From Dudresnaya verticillata (Eukaryota), in contig OZ374564.1 of NCBI GenBank assembly GCA_977862235.1, forward strand, positions 1,736,001-1,800,000: a stretch of 64,000 bases of DNA. Direction: 5' to 3'. Of the stretch, positions 62,246 to 64,000 are shown piece by piece. Both the position numbers and the translations under genes were made by a program. The notes under the pieces are model-generated. The model was given only the letters and a program-made list of their open reading frames with translations. It did no database searches and was not told the origin of the DNA. How positions within the stretch are numbered: the first letter of the stretch is position 1; every line of letters starts with the position of its first letter.

Positions 62246-62942
62246 ACAAGCAAATTGCTGCTCTTCACAGCGACAACAGGACCTAGGGAATTATACTGCG
62301 CAGCAGTGTCTAGCACTGATCCTGTTTGGACATGCAATAGGATTGCGTGCACCAGCATGTTTAACTTGTGCTCTGAAGGCACCAAACGCGCGTCTACGTC
62401 ATCGAAGTTGAGCCAATGTTCACGTGCCATTGTCAAACGCGCCGGAGGATCATAAAAATGCCTCCCTGAAGTGTATCTACCGCGACTTTGGAAACCACAA
62501 TTTGTTCCGGTAATGAAAGGTGCCGCATTTCGCTCCTTGCAAGCAAACCGTGCACCTTGTGGCCGCTAGCCAGCACGACGTAAGCAAAAAACTCGTGCCC
62601 TTCTAACAGCGACTTATCTGGGACCTCGTAGAAGGCGCCGTCAAACAGATGCGCCAGCCCTTCTTCCCGTGCCCATACATCAGTGTCAGTATGGCTGAAG
62701 TGCAATCTCTGTTCACAAGTTAGCTGTCGATCGGGGGTAATCTTCCATGATTCAGCCATCTACCGCATCTCCTCTGCCAAGAGGTTTCATTTCGGTCTTC
62801 CGTAAGCATACTGAGATCACCATTTTCTCAGGTCTTCTCATCACAATCATACTGCACTACGTAGCAAGAAGCAGCGGTAAGGGTCCGAGCGGTCGGTGGG
62901 ACCTAAAATGAACAAAAACTGGTCCCATTCACGCTGGTTGAG

Positions 62943-64000
62943 CTATGTCATTGTGTACTTGGGTCCGCCACCGCCCTGCGGCACGGTCCAAGTGATATTC
63001 TGAGAAAGTTCCTTAATGTCACAAGCCTTACAATGCAAGCAATTCTGCGCATTGACCTGCAGGGTGCGATTCCCGCCATCCTTCTCTACATATTCGTAGA
63101 CTCTGGCAGGGCAGTAGCGACCTTCGGGTCCTCCAAATTGTGGCAGGTTAAGTTTCTCTGGGACGCTTTCGTCGGTCAATACCAGATGGCACGGCTCGTC
63201 ATGATCATGATCTGTTCCACTGAGCGATACCGACGTTAGGATATCAAAGGTAGCTTTCCCGTCTGGCTTCGGATAGTCAATTGGCTTTGCTTTTGAAGCC
63301 TGTTTTGTCGAAAGATGGTCTGGCTCCGGATGAGATAGCGTCCATGGTGAATATCCTCGTGTGAGATAGGATTCTAAGGCAGCATTTACCAGACCTGGTA
63401 TCAAGCCATACTTGAAGCCCGGTCGAATGTTCCTGACCTTTTTAAGCTCATCCCAAACCCATGAACCTTTCAGCTGCTCCTCGTACCCCTCGGTAGAATC
63501 CTTTGCACTAGTCAGATTCTCGAATACCGCATCTGCCGCCAGCATTGCGCCTTTTTGTCCAGTATGTGTACCCTTTATCTTTGGGGCGTTCAGGAAGCCA
63601 TGGCTTGCTGCAACAGAACATCCGCATTGGCCAATAAGGACCCCATCCGGAAACTCCAGTTCTGGAATGGATTGAAGCCCACCTTCATTAAGAGTACGGG
63701 CGCCGTACTGTAGCACCTCTCCACATTCAAGCAATGGTCTAACGGACTGGTGGCTCTTGTACCGCTGAAACTCCTGAAACGGGGATAGGTGTGGGTTGTG
63801 ATAGTCAAGCGCCACCACAAAGCCAATAGCCACTTGCTCGTCTGCCATATGATACAAAAACGAACCGCCATAAGTCGCAAAGTCCGTTGGATATCCAATA
63901 GTGTGAACGATCTTACCCGGCTCGTGTTTAGCCAGATCCACTCTCCATACTTCCTTCACGCCTAGCGCATACGTCTGATGCTGGCGACCTTCCGCGAGTC
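62943..64000 (-). CDS. ETFDH: Electron transfer flavoprotein-ubiquinone oxidoreductase, 3' part (runs off window)
   Basis: KEVW, [47 protein letters not shown], 4Fe-4S region YCPARVYE...[14 protein letters not shown]...GGGGPKY. Confidence 0.93.
   Translation of the reverse strand, partial: [351 protein letters not shown]

Noticed and set aside
62020..62759. Two abutting minus-strand ORFs as a gene
   Set aside because: No recognisable motif; the distal one overlaps the Cys-repeat remnant on the opposite strand.

Overview
Eukaryotic, transposon-rich genomic DNA (~50% GC; short GT-AG introns, two with CTAAC branch points). It is most consistent with a florideophyte red alga, but that is an inference and not verified. 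Host genes: a 4-exon ionotropic-glutamate-receptor-like gene lacking an amino-terminal domain (1845-3711 +), a small secreted 8-Cys cationic peptide (8215-8520 +), an intronless ORF with the motif pattern of a tRNA-dependent cyclodipeptide synthase (CDPS; 21598-22497 -), a decaying Cys-repeat gene (~61.8-62.2 kb) and the 3' part of ETF-ubiquinone oxidoreductase (62943-64000 -). The centre (23637-44878) is a fully resolvable nest. A ~2.1-kb pogo-like (DD36D) transposon was hit, within 42 bp around its second catalytic Asp, by three independent elements, each with its own target-site duplication (TSD). These are a PIF/Harbinger element (TAA), a 9.6-kb Mutator-like element (9-bp TSD) carrying a Ulp1-protease/zinc-finger/SWIM polyprotein plus a convergent RGG/GW-rich gene, and a gag-pol-less LTR element with an antisense ORF (GCAAT). 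Further right are a degenerate Ty3/Gypsy element with a solo LTR inside gag, a 96-bp palindrome and a Sola-like transposase pseudogene. LINE 3' ends lie at ~0-1.1, 15.7 and 18.1-18.6 kb. The most novel-looking items are the putative eukaryotic CDPS, the unusual MULE cargo and the triple insertion hotspot. All calls come from reading motifs by eye; no database searches were run.
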